From Macrostomum lignano (lineage: Eukaryota), in contig NIVC01000496.1 of assembly GCA_002269645.1 (NCBI GenBank), forward strand, positions 21,164 to 85,163: a stretch of DNA of 64,000 nucleotides, given 5' to 3'. The notes under the pieces are model-generated. The model saw nothing but the letters and a program-made list of their open reading frames with translations, had not been told where the DNA came from and ran no database searches. Below are positions 47,377 to 59,198 of the stretch, one piece after another (position 1 is the stretch's first letter; the number at the start of each line of letters is the position of its first letter). Made by a program: the position numbers and the translations under genes.

Positions 47377-50300
47377 CTAGACCCGATCCGTGTCGCCATG
47401 GTAGCTGCGTCTGTCGTTGCTATGGGAACGCGAGCCGGCCGAGCGGGCCCTCCTGTGAGCGGCGGCTGCCGAGCTGTTGGACCTGCGGCTGGCACCAGAG
47501 CCGCGCCTGGGTTGAGGCGGGGCTGTGGGCGAGCGACAAAGTGTTTTTGCAACTGCAGGCGAGACTGGTGCAGGTGAGACTGGTGCAGGTGAGACTGGTG
47601 CAGGTGAGACTGGTGCAGGTGAGACTGGTGCAGGTGAGACTGGTGCAGGTGAGACTGGTGCAGGTGAGACTGGTGCAGGTGAGACTGGTGCAGGTGAGAC
47701 TGGTGCAGGTGAGACTGGTGCAGGTGAGACTGGTGCAGGTGAGACTGGTGCAGGTGAGACTGGTGCAGGTGAGACTGGTGCAGGTGAGACTGGTGCAGGT
47801 GAGACTGGTGCAGGTGAGACTGGTGCAGGTGAGACTGGTGCAGGTGAGACTGGTGCAGGTGAGACTGGTGCAGGTGAGACTGGTGCAGGTGAGACTATGA
47901 TAACAGATTTGACAACAGGTTAAAGTCCAGAGCAGTGCTACTCACTATCGCTTTGCACCCAGATATCCAGGATGTACTGCAGTACATGCGACATTCTGCC
48001 GAGCTGCAGAAAGCTAGCCTCCATGATCCGGGCTGAGTCAGGCGATGGATAGAGCAGCAGTGGGCCCAGGCAGGTGGCCAGCTGGTCAAGGGTCATCTTG
48101 TTGGCGTCTGATCGAAGCGCCACCCGCTTTAGGTGGTCCAGAATTGCCACCAGAGTCTCCTGTGAGGATGAAGGGTGCGAGAGTTCAAGTCATGATTTGG
48201 CAGGACTGGCTATTAAAAACTTGGAGCTCCCACACGGGTGGTGCGCTCATTTATTTGAATATTTGATCCATGTAGATACTGAGCATTGGGCAATGTACAT
48301 TAGATAGAAATGCCTTCAGATCAGGCAATGTACGCTAAACCACGCACGGGGTGTCGGAGAACAGGAGCGGTCGCTTACTACTCGTAGTTAAATAAGTGCA
48401 TCACAAAGGGGAGGCAGGGTTTGCTACCGGAGCACCAACTACTCATTCTTCGGAGGGAAGTGCAAGGTTAATGCGTCTGCGTCTCGTGCCAAAGAGCTCA
48501 TGCTCGATCCCATGAGCGGTCGCATTAATTTTGGTCACGTGACCGAAAATTGGTCTGGGCTTGTGGAATTCTCACCCATGAGGGCCAATCCCTAAGGCTT
48601 AGATTGTGTAAAAGCCTGGAGTCGAGGAACTTAGGGCCGCAGTTCACCCTATGTAAGTGTGCGCGTACATGTGCGTTTTGGTCAGCAAAATGAGCATGGC
48701 TGCTTGCCTCCTCGATAGCTACGGGTCGACTGTCGCTTTGATTTGTTCCAGTGCTCAACCCACCTGCAGAATAACAAACTAAATCAGTACTAAACTAAAT
48801 CTTTCTCAATTCCCTGCGATCAAAGCCAAAATGGAACAGGAACTACTCGGATCATCTGAGATTAATAAATCCAAAAACTTACATAAAAAGATTACAAAAG
48901 GGTGTATAATATTGTCTTTGTCTGCGAACAGCCTTGTGACTTTAAGCTGCATTAATTCTCTGTGGTATTACTTTGTGTCCTGGCTTATTCTAAATAGCGC
49001 GCCCAAAACTCAATGGCAGCCGCATTCCGGGTGTCAGAGCGGCAGGCACATGGGTAGCGGCTCTGATTCAGGATTCAATGGCAGCCGCATCCCGGGTGTC
49101 AGAGCGGCAGGCACATGGGTAGCGGCTCTGACTCAGGCTTCAATGGCAGCCGCATCCCGGGTGTCAGAGCGGCAGGCTCATGGGTAGCGGCTCTGACTCA
49201 GGCTTCAATGGCAGCCGCATCCCGGGTGTCAGAGCGGCAGGCACATGGGTAGCGGCTCTGACTCAGGCTTCAATGGCAGCCGCATCCCGGGTGTCAGAGC
49301 GGCAGGCACATGGGTAGCGGCTCTGACTCAGGCTTCAATGGCAGCCGCATCCCGGGTGTCAGAGCGGCAGGCACATGGGTAGCGGCTCTGACTCAGGCTT
49401 CGCTCATCAATATGTGGAGCTTAGGAATTCGCTCATGAGTGCAAGAATAAAAATGCAAATTACTGCGGCCAGCAGCTTGGGTAACTCAATAATGCAAATG
49501 CAAAGACACACAAATGCAAATTGCAAGCTGATTCAGCCGTCTGTCTTGGAGTAAATTAGCAGCTTGTGCCCCGGTTGATATCGAATTATCCAGGGCCCCC
49601 ACGAAGGCCTTGCGAATCGAGGTGAGAATTTCGCGATTCGCTCTGGCTGTCCGGCCTAAGAGAAGCACACAGTGCCACTTGGGTAAATTAAGTTAGCAGA
49701 CATACAGGCCATTAAACATCGCTTCCACGGATCCAAGGGAAAATTATTTTCAAAAATAAAAATCTGGGTTGATCTTTAACTCCGTAAACTGGATGGGAGC
49801 AGTACAGAAACGATCGTATTACACAATGTATTTTATGAGATACGGTCTGCTGTGAGCTGACTCGACTGCTTCACCTGCCCCAGCTAGTTCAGCTGCACCA
49901 CCTGCCCCAGCTAGTTCAGCTGCATCACCTGCCCCAGCTAGTTCAGCTGCTTCAGCTGCCTCATCTGCCCTGCCCACAAAATCCTTGCGGCCCGCTAACA
50001 GGCACTCTGAGGAAAAGATCGCATGGAATGAAAATGCCGGGCAGGCAGGGCAGCTAGGGGGCGGGGCTGAGTGGGAGCAGACAGGCATCTAATGATTTCC
50101 CCCAGTATCGATCCTCATGGTGCACTGAATTGAATGCCCCTCTCTTGAGCCTCTGCCGCACTCCGCAGTCGCTCGTGCCTCCTCATCAAGAGGAAGGGAA
50201 AGCCCAGCGACTTGCCGGTCACGAAAGAGGATGCGGCACTCATGCAGGACCGCCGCTGTCTCCACCGACTTTACTCTCTCTTAGGACTGGGCAGCGGGAC

Positions 50301-52108
50301 TGCCGAGAGTCACAATTTCACTCCTGTTGCTTTTAGGAGCAAAAACCTTTGTGGAAAGCACCACCCGCCAAGACCAAGCATGCCCAGAGATGAGTCGTCA
50401 GACTGAGCGGCAGAAGTCTTCCCAGCAGTTGCGGCCATGCTGCCTGATGGGAGAAAGCAAAGAGCTGAGATTTTGTGGCATTAACAGTACGCGGACTAGC
50501 GGGCTCTGCTCTTTAGTAGCCTTGTTAGAGAAAGTATCTAGCGTAAAGAAACAAATACGTGCATGATCCATGACCGAAGTGCAGCTTGCACTGTTGAAGA
50601 GTTTTTGTTAGCTAAACAGATCAATGCGAATGAAAGCATGGCGATCGATTCCTGACAGCACATGAAAAAATCAACTAGGTAAAGCTTGCTTATTGATGTC
50701 TGCACCCCCATGTGGAAAGATTGCTCAGAGCAAACACCCAAGAGCCACAGACCAGCCAGGGCAAAGTCCCTGACAGCTGGCTCAGGAGGGGAGGCGGCCA
50801 CTCACTTGATTGACGGGCGGCAAACAGTCCAGGATGCTGAGCATGAGCTTGGCGCCGCCGCGCGGATCCCCGGGGATTTCCACGGCCAGAGCGTCCAGCA
50901 GCATGCGGTACAGAGCGTTGGTGAACAGCGGCTCCGGCAGCTCGCGAACAAAGTCCTTCAGGAGGCCTGCGATCAGCGGTGGGGTTGGCTGTCGATTAAT
51001 CTGATCCCGAAATTATTCCCAGCTTCCCAATACGGGGCCTAGAAATCAATCGATTGTCTAGAGCACGAATATCCCATACTGACCGGCACAGCTTCAGCTT
51101 TCTCTCTACGAGAGCATGACCAAGGCATGCCTGGCCCCTGCTGTGAGCCTGTCTGCAACCGGCCTCATCCGCTTTCCTTCATCTTGCAATGATAATTTTT
51201 TAAAGCCTTACTGAGAAAATACGGGAAACCCATAGCAAAAAAGATAGCCGGGCAGTCCAACTCACCTGTGACTGCATGAATGTCGGGCACCTTGTCAGCT
51301 GAAAGGTCCACCTTGCCAGGTCGCCGCTCGAAGGCTTCCCGCAGGCTTATCTTGCTCTTGTTGGAGCCGCACAGCCGGTAGATGCCGGGAATGTCCAGAC
51401 CGCGCCGCTCCACCTCGTCGATGCACTTTTGCACGAGCAGCGGCACCTGTTGGCCGGATTTCTCCCGGCGCACGAGGATATCAATGGGAACCCCAAAGAT
51501 GGACGAATGCATCCGAGGCGACTGCGTACGGCACATCACTTCGGAGATGGAGTAGCAGGTCAGCTCAAAGTAGAGGCAGCCCTTGGGCTCCATGCCCAGG
51601 GCGATGCGCTCGGAGCGAATGCAGCGGTGCCGGAAGGAGGCTGCGAGGCTCACGAGGTTGACGCTGCCGTGGAAGCAGAGGCGGTGCTTGTTGCTCGGGT
51701 CCCACTGGTACAGCAGGAATCCAAGGCCGCGGGCTCCGGCTGCAAACAGATCAAACTGCTCGTCCCAATGGAAACATTCGGTGCTGGTGCGGATGAGGGA
51801 GCGGGCCATGCGGACGGAGTCCAGCTCCAGCAGGCAGTAGAGATCCCTCAGCGCCACTACAGGCGCGTGCAGGCCGGTGCCAGCCACCACGTGGACTCGC
51901 AGGACCCCGTCGATGCCGGCTGGATGGCCGGGACCCAGAGACCGCGCACTGCGGTCGGACGGGCACGGCCGGAACTCGTGCAGGCTCAAGCGGCCGGCCT
52001 GGCCCCTACGGCTTCGGCAGGAGCCCCAGCTGCCGCCAGCCCCGCCGCTGCCGCCACGCAGAAAGCAGCTGCCCCCACCTGCACAGTTGTTGCTTGCCAC
52101 CAAAGGAA

Positions 52109-52148
<40 letters not shown>

Positions 52149-55100
52149 ATGAAGTTGCAGATTTTGCGGTTGCTGGAGCAGCGGCTGTTGGGGTTGATAA
52201 AAAGCTGCTTGGGGCAGCAGCTGAGATGAGCCCACCGAGTAGGGGTAGGTTTGGTAGCCGGGGTCGAAAGACGAGTGGTGCTGCAGAGGCAGACACTCGC
52301 TGCTCATCTGCCTGCCCGAAGCCAGTTGCACCTGCCGCTGTCTTTCCCAAGTGGGCGGGTAGCGGCCAGCGGGCCTGGCAGAGTCGCTGGTGTAATAGCC
52401 ATCCAGCTGGTGGCTGCCCGCAGCCCCCAGTAACTCGCGCCCACAGGTGGCGGCACCTCGAATCCCTGCGGCATGGGCACGGGCGCAAACTCCGGTGGAG
52501 GCGGCGCCGCTGCAAATCGTGTGTTGGGACGGCAAGCTGAATTGGCTCTGCAGTTAGGGCCAATCCGGCTACAGTCGCATTATAGTTCCAACAATTATAA
52601 TTCCTGTCTTTTAGTTAGTACAGGGATATTATTTGTTGATCTGCTCCGCGCTTGCGGAATCAATCTGTCCTCTCAGCCTTTCTGCATTACCCCTTAGGAC
52701 GAGGTTTACCGCCCACATCTATTATTTCTAAAAAAGTACAAGTCAGCTGACTCGATTGAAAGCGGAAGGCTATTGTCGAGTACTCGTAAATCCCTTGCTG
52801 GGGAAGAAGACACCTCATTTCGCTGGAGCTGCAGCCAAATCCTATCAGCCCCCGCAATCTAAATTCTGCCTGTCTTCTCTCCCAGCTGGTTAGCACTTCG
52901 AGCCGAGCTCTGCCGCAGAGGCTCTACTACCCGCTCCCTTCTGCGGACGGACAGGCCTCGCTCCCCTCGTCACTTGCCGCTGCTTGATGGGGTTAGAGAA
53001 GTGCAGATGTACTTTTCCACCCGCCATCGCGCAAATAAAGGCCGCGGGGCTCTGCACACATTGCTTAGAGAGCTCCGGGTCGGCCTAACTGGAGCAGGCA
53101 AGGACTTTCTCTGTGTGCAATTTGGCGGTGGGATGAGTGAATTGAGGTACGTAGTGTGCCGCAGCTCAAGCAGGCATGTAGGACTGCAGAGTTCTCTCGT
53201 ACAGTACGTGGGATGGGACGGAATGAGAGAGAAAGAGCGGTCGCAGAGTTCGAGGCCCTCCTGTCCCAGGTGGCGGTGCAGGAATGTACGGCGCCAATCC
53301 ATCCCCTCCTCTCTCTTTCCATCCAGCTCGATCCCTTCCGGTCGTCTCAGCCGCCCACTGCTCCCAGCAGCTCCCTCTCGTTTAGCCTTGCCCAGCAAGC
53401 CACTCGAACTCGCCCCGGTGGCCTCTCGACAGACGCCAGCCCTCATCCCCTCAATCTCAACCGCCGCCTCTCGATCCCATCCCGCTCATCCCTTTCCACT
53501 CGCGGGCATGCCAGATGTAGCGGCTCTGCGGCTGCACCTGCCTTCCTGCTGTGTCGGCCTTCTTCTCTCCCTTTCTTTCGACACGCAGCGAAATTTCGCA
53601 GAGTCACGCTCGCCTCTCTTATTTCGGCATCTCCCTTCCTCAAAAGCTCCAAGCCAGTGACACAGAAATTCCCAAAGAGAGTGAGCGGGAAAGAGCACTA
53701 GCGCTGGTGTTAACTATTGATGAGGCACAGCGCCCTGCTATTCCAGCTTCCCTGGCATCCACTAATTCGCAGCCCCATCAGCACTCAGATTTCCCAACTG
53801 TGGGGAGATTTGGATGAAAAAAGCATTCTGGAGCTGCCGCTGGTAGGCAGGCGCTGGTGGCAATGCGGATGGAGTAGCAGGGTGAAAGAGCGGTGTGGGC
53901 TGGGGCAGCATTCAAGGGAGAAAGTAGCAAAGGAGTTTCCTATGGTCTGCTTCTGAGGTGTGCTTTGAGAGTGGCGCCTTGGATATTTCTGAGGCACAGC
54001 ATAGCACCTGCCAACTCACAATTGGCGCTGAAGGAGGCGTTTGGATTTTTCTGCCAAGAATTTGTACTACAAAATAGCAAAACTTATAAAGTTCTTAAAG
54101 GGTTAGTAAGTGACACAAAAATGCTGGAAGGTGAAGAGGAGGCAGTGAGAGTGACACAGAATGCTGGGAGGTGAAGAGGAGGCAGTGAGAGTGACACAGA
54201 ATGCTGAGAGGTGGAGAGGAGGCAATGAGAGTGACACAGAATGCTATGAGGTGGAGAGGAGGCAATGAGAGTGACACAGAATGCTAGGTGGAGAGGAGGC
54301 AGTGAGAGTGACACAGAATGCTGGGAGGTGAAGAGGAGGCAATGAGAGTGACACAGAATGCTAGGTGGAGAGGAGGCAATGAGAGTGACACAGAATGCTA
54401 TGAGGTGGAGAGGAGGCAATGAGAGTGACACAGAATGCTAGGTGGAGAGGAGGCAGTGAGAGTGACACAGAATGCTGGCACAGAATGCTGGGAGGTGGAG
54501 AGGAGGCAGTGAGAGTGACACAGAATGCTGGGTGAAGAGGAGGCAGTGAGAGTGACACAAAAATGCTGAGAGGTGGAGAGGAGGCAGTGAGAGTGACACA
54601 GAATGCTGGGTGAAGAGGAGGCAGTGAGAGTGACACAAAAATGCTGAGAGGTGGAGAGGAGGCAGTGAGAGTGACACAGAATGCTATGAGGTGGAGAGGA
54701 GGCAATGAGAGTGACACAAAAATGCTGAGAGGTGGAGAGGAGGCAATGAGAGTGACACAGAATGCTATGAGGTGGAGAGGAGGCAATGAGAGTGACACAG
54801 AATGCTATGAGGTGGAGAGGAGGCAATGAGAGTGACACAGAATGCTAGGTGGAGAGGAGGCAGTGAGAGTGACACAGAATGCTGGCACAGAATGCTGGGA
54901 GGTGGAGAGGAGGCAGTGAGAGTGACACAGAATGCTGGGTGAAGAGGAGGCATTGAGAGTGACACAAAAATGCTGAGAGGTGGAGAGGAGGCAGTGAGAG
55001 TGACACAGAATGCTGGGTGAAGAGGAGGCAGTGAGAGTGACACAAAAATGCTGAGAGGTGGAGAGGAGGCAGTGAGAGTGACACAGAATGCTGGGTGAAG

Positions 55101-57124
55101 AGGAGGCAGTGAGAGTGACACAAAAATGCTGAGAGGTGGAGAGGAGGCAGTGAGAGTGACACAGAATGCTGGGTGAAGAGGAGGCAGTGAGAGTGACACA
55201 GAATGCTGGGAGGTGAAGAGGAGGCAATGAGAGTGACACAGAATGCTAGGTGGAGAGGAGGCAATGAGAGTGACACAGAATGCTATGAGGTGGAGAGGAG
55301 ACAATGAGAGTGACACAGAATGCTAGGTGGAGAGGAGGCAGTGAAAGTGACACAGAATGCTGGCACAGAATGCTGGGAGGTGGAGAGGAGGCAGTGAGAG
55401 TGACACAGAATGCTGGGTGAAGAGGAGGCAGTGAGAGTGACACAAAAATGCTGAGAGGTGGAGAGGAGGCAGTGAGAGTGACACAGAATGCTGGGTGAAG
55501 AGGAGGCAGTGAGAGTGACACAAAAATGCTGAGAGGTGGAGAGGAGGCAATGAGAGTGACACAGAATGCTATGAGGTGGAGAGGAGGCAATGAGAGTGAC
55601 ACAGAATGCTAGGTGGAGAGGAGGCAATGAGAGTGACACAGAATGCTATGAGGTGGAGAGGAGGCAATGAGAGTGACACAAAATGCTAGGTGGAGAGGAG
55701 GCAGTGAGAGTGACACAGAATGCTGGCACAGAATGCTGGGAGGTGGAGAGGAGGCAATGAGAGTGACACAGAATGCTAGGTGGAGAGGAGGCAATGAGAG
55801 TGACACAGAATGCTATGAGGTGGAGAGGAGGCAATGAGAGTGACACAGAATGCTATGAGGTGGAGAGGAGACAATGAGAGTGACACAGAATGCTAGGTGG
55901 AGAGGAGGCAGTGAGAGTGACACAGAATGCTGGCACAGAATGCTGGGAGGTGGAGAGGAGGCAGTGAGAGTGACACAGAATGCTGGGTGAAGAGGAGGCA
56001 GTGAGAGTGACACAAAAATGCTGAGAGGTGGAGAGGAGGCAGTGAGAGTGACACAGAATGCTGGGTGAAGAGGAGGCAGTGAGAGTGACACAAAAATGCT
56101 GAGAGGTGGAGAGGAGGCAGTGAGAGTGACACAGAATGCTGGGTGAAGAGGAGGCAGTGAGAGTGACACAGAATGCTGGGTGAAGAGGAGGCAGTGAGAG
56201 TGACACAGAATGCTGGGTGAAGAGGAGGCAGTGAGAGTGACACAGAATGCTGGGAGGTGAAGAGGAGGCAATGAGAGTGACACAGAATGCTATGAGGTGG
56301 AGAGGAGGCAGTGAGAGTGACACAGAATGCTATGAGGTGGAGAGGAGGCAGTGAGAGTGACACAGAATGCTATGAGGTGGAGAGGAGGCAGTGAGAGTGA
56401 CACAGAATGCTAGGTGGAGAGGAGGCGGGAACAAGGGGAGTTTACAAAGAATTGAGATCGAAATCCTCGCTGAGGCAATAGGCAAAGAGAGTGGTGTGGC
56501 CTCACTGTATGCAGCGTACGGCCCTGCTGCTGAGTATCCATAATAGTCTGGGGCCGCGGCCGCCCGCCCGTGGAACAGATGGTTCTGCTCGTTCAACCGC
56601 TGATGAGGTGGTGGCAGTTGGCCGATCCCCATAGCGCCAAGTCGGTCGGCAGCGGCTGTGACCTCTTCGGCGGAGGCGAAGCCACCGGCCGCCCCCGCCG
56701 GGAGCCTCCCGTAACCGTGATGCAGCTCAGAGTCTGAGCAGTACTCCTGTCTGGAGTTTTGGCTGCCGGTCGGGCCGTACTGCAGGCCCGCGTCACGGCA
56801 AAAAGTGCGCGGTACCCGGCCTGCCGGGTGAGGGGCAAAGTGCACCCGCTGCTGCTGCTGCTGCGGCTGCGGCTGCTGCTGATGGTTCTCCAGCTCCCCT
56901 GAGCACAGCCTCTATGGGGTCACTCCGACAGCTGGTCAATGGACGGTGCGGGTAGCGGCGCCCCCGGCGGCGGCAGCGGATGGCGGCATGGGTCCGGCCT
57001 GCTCTGGGTTTCCCTGTGTTGCAGTTCCGTTGCCAAAGTTTGTAGAGGCTTTGGCGTGCTCTGACAGGCAGGCCGACACAAATCGCAGGAGGCGGTGAGA
57101 GCCGGTCAGGTTCCGCCGGCTGCA
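47377..57124 (-). CDS. SYD-1/RhoGAP100F/SYDE-like C2 + RhoGAP protein; 5' end uncertain; two apparent 1-bp indels
   Basis: Exons 57124-56506, 52536-51266, 50966-50806, 48159-47946, 47894 (or a later in-frame AG)-47377. C2 domain [13 protein letters not shown]...LRDLYC.LE.D...ARS; GAP domain IFGVP...[44 protein letters not shown]...LA.CLGP; arginine finger present. Confidence 0.88.
47553..47896 (-). repeat. 15-bp perfect tandem repeat x~22 at the start of the last RhoGAP exon
   Basis: + strand CTGGTGCAGGTGAGA; gene strand TCTCACCTGCACCAG, reading VSPAP in the gene frame. Confidence 0.95.
49010..49400. repeat. 65-bp minisatellite x6 in a RhoGAP intron
   Basis: Unit GCAGCCGCATCCCGGGTGTCAGAGCGGCAGGCACATGGGTAGCGGCTCTGACTCAGGCTTCAATG. 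Confidence 0.95.
49866..49960. repeat. 27-bp repeat x3 (CACCTGCCCCAGCTAGTTCAGCTGCA(T/C))
   Basis: Directly visible. Confidence 0.8.
54115..56425. repeat. 37-40-bp purine-rich minisatellite (~2.3 kb) with higher-order structure
   Basis: Unit GAGGAGGCA(G/A)TGAGAGTGACACAGAATGCT(GG/ATGA)GGTGGA variants; source of all ORFs in 54084-56363. Confidence 0.95.
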
Positions 57125-58099
57125 CTGGAAATCTCCATTTTCTGCGCTACCGTAGCTGGCAGTGGGTGAGACGAGTGAGCAGAGAGGCAGAGGAGATGAG
57201 AGAGACCGGACTGAGGCTCACGCACTGGTTGGTGCTGGGCCAGGAACTCTGCAGTTCATCTCTGTCCCGTCCCGGCTCACAGCAGTGGCCAGTGCACTCA
57301 CTCGCGCACAACTGGAGAGCGGGCAGCCTGCCCCAATCCTGTCTCGCTCCCCAATTCTAACACTAATCGGCCTCTGCGCTGCATTTCCCGCCCGCTCCGC
57401 TCTTCCCCTCTCTTCCCCGTGAACTTTCCCGCCCAAAAGAAACACAGCGGTGCAGGGAGGCGGGGAGGAGAGGAGGCGGGAGGAGGAGGAGACCAGCGGA
57501 GGCAGTGTGCCGAAGGGGCGATGGAGGCCGGTGGCCGGCTTTCACTCCCGGCGGGCAGCGCATTGTCTAGCCGGGAGCAGCGGAAGAGAACGACGGGGGA
57601 GGGCTCAGAGTTGGCGCTGAGTGGCGACCGTGTTTGGGAAAGGCCTGCTAGCGCTCGGGTCAAAAAACTGGCTGTGTCCCGGCAGCCCAGCCGGCATTCT
57701 CTCCGTGTCCTGTTAGGCGATTCAAAGGGAGGAACGAAAGTTCTGAGACACCAGTGACCTGAGAAGAATGGCAGGCTCACGGAATAGGGTGAGCTCAGTA
57801 ACTTTGGGAGTGATAAAAGAGGATAGAAAGGGGAGAGGTAGAAAGTAGGGAGTAGGCAGAAGAAGCCACGGCAAATTCAGAAAGTTGCTGAACCCGGGAT
57901 TAGACATGGCTGACTGGGAGCTCGGCTCATACGAGCGCCTTTTGCTGCTCCTTTAAATGGTTTGAAAGAGCGAGAGTAAAATGCGCTCGTAGATTGCAAA
58001 AAATTAATGCGGAAAATATCGGCGATGGCGAGGAGGCCAGCTTCAAAAAGTCCACGAAAAACATTCTGAGCACGGGTTTGTGCGCAGTAGAATTTCTGA

Positions 58100-58525
58100 C
58101 CAATACGAGCTATTCTCAATGAGATTCTCAGGGAAATCGCACTGATTTCTGACCAATATTCTCAATGAGATTCTCAGGGAAATCGCACTGATTTCTGACC
58201 AATATTCTCAATGAGATTCTCAGGGAAATCGCACTGATTTCTGACCAATATTCTCAATGAGATTCTCAGGGAAATCGCACTGATTTCTGACCAATATTCT
58301 CAATGAGATTCTCAGGGAAATCGCACTGATTTCTGACCAATATTCTCAATGAGATTCTCAGGGAAATCGCACTGATTTCTGACCAATATTCTCAATGAGA
58401 TTCTCAGGGAAATCGCACTGATTTCTGACCAATATTCTCAATGAGATTCTCAGGGAAATCGCACTGATTTCTGACCAATATTCTCAATGAGATTCTCAGG
58501 GAAATCGCACTGATTTCTGACCAAT
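58100..58525. repeat. 46-bp perfect minisatellite x9 with two internal hairpins
   Basis: Unit TATTCTCAATGAGATTCTCAGGGAAATCGCACTGATTTCTGACCAA; period 46 (58111 to 58157); no spacers. Confidence 0.95.
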
Positions 58526-59198
58526 AATACGTTGATTAACACTTTCTGGTATAGCAGAGCACTTTTCACACATGCTCAGCGAGTTTGTTAAAAAATCAGA
58601 TCCCATGAATTCGCTCAACTTTTGCAGCAATGTCTCACCCCCAGGGTTGCTGGGGAATCCCCGTGGCCCTCTCAATGCAGAAGTTCTACGCAAACTGGCT
58701 TCGTTTCTCCGCGGCATGAAAAACTCCCGGCGGGGCCCAGGCGGAAAAAGCAGGGAAGCCCCAGGGCAGAGTGGTTGCAGAAAACTGAGCAGCCGTTTAG
58801 CTTGGGAAGGCAAGTGGAATTTCTGATGTCACGATCCGGCGGGCGTGGCATTCAACAAAACAATTGCGGTCAACCATTTTTTTGCCTTTTTGTCAGCAGA
58901 GGTGCCTGAGCTCTTGTCGGTCCGATACCGATGTCGGTCCAAATGACTGAAGACTCGAGTCAATTAACTTGTGGAAACCACAGACCGGCCACCCGCTTGT
59001 CCAAGTGCAATGCAAGGTGGCTGGCGTAGCTAGGTGTATTTCATCGGTATATATACCCAGGTAGCCGGAGGGCGAGTAGAGCGACGGTGTACGAAAGGTC
59101 AATAGTTTTTACCGACAGTTACAGCTAGCGCATACGCATAATGCAGTGCGTATAACACAAAACAGCGAATAAATTGTTTGGCGTCAGCGCCGCAGGTT

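Noticed and set aside
47313-47923. + strand gene using GCAG|GTGAG sites or encoding LVQVR/AGETG repeats
   Set aside because: No + strand exon context; the minus-strand RhoGAP frame explains the region.
51429-52697. + strand ORFs overlapping the RhoGAP exon
   Set aside because: GC-rich antisense shadows.
52970-53817. Cluster of overlapping ORFs as a gene
   Set aside because: Low-complexity, no domain and no consistent splice pattern; more likely an intronic or alternative promoter region.
54084-56363. Many hydrophobic ORFs
   Set aside because: All derive from the 37-40-bp minisatellite.
54115-56425. Common origin with the AMPK intron 2 repeat
   Set aside because: The shared core TGTCACTCT is only 9 bp; insufficient.
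58100-58525. CRISPR array
   Set aside because: The repeats are palindromic but directly abut with no unique spacers; the context is eukaryotic with no cas genes.
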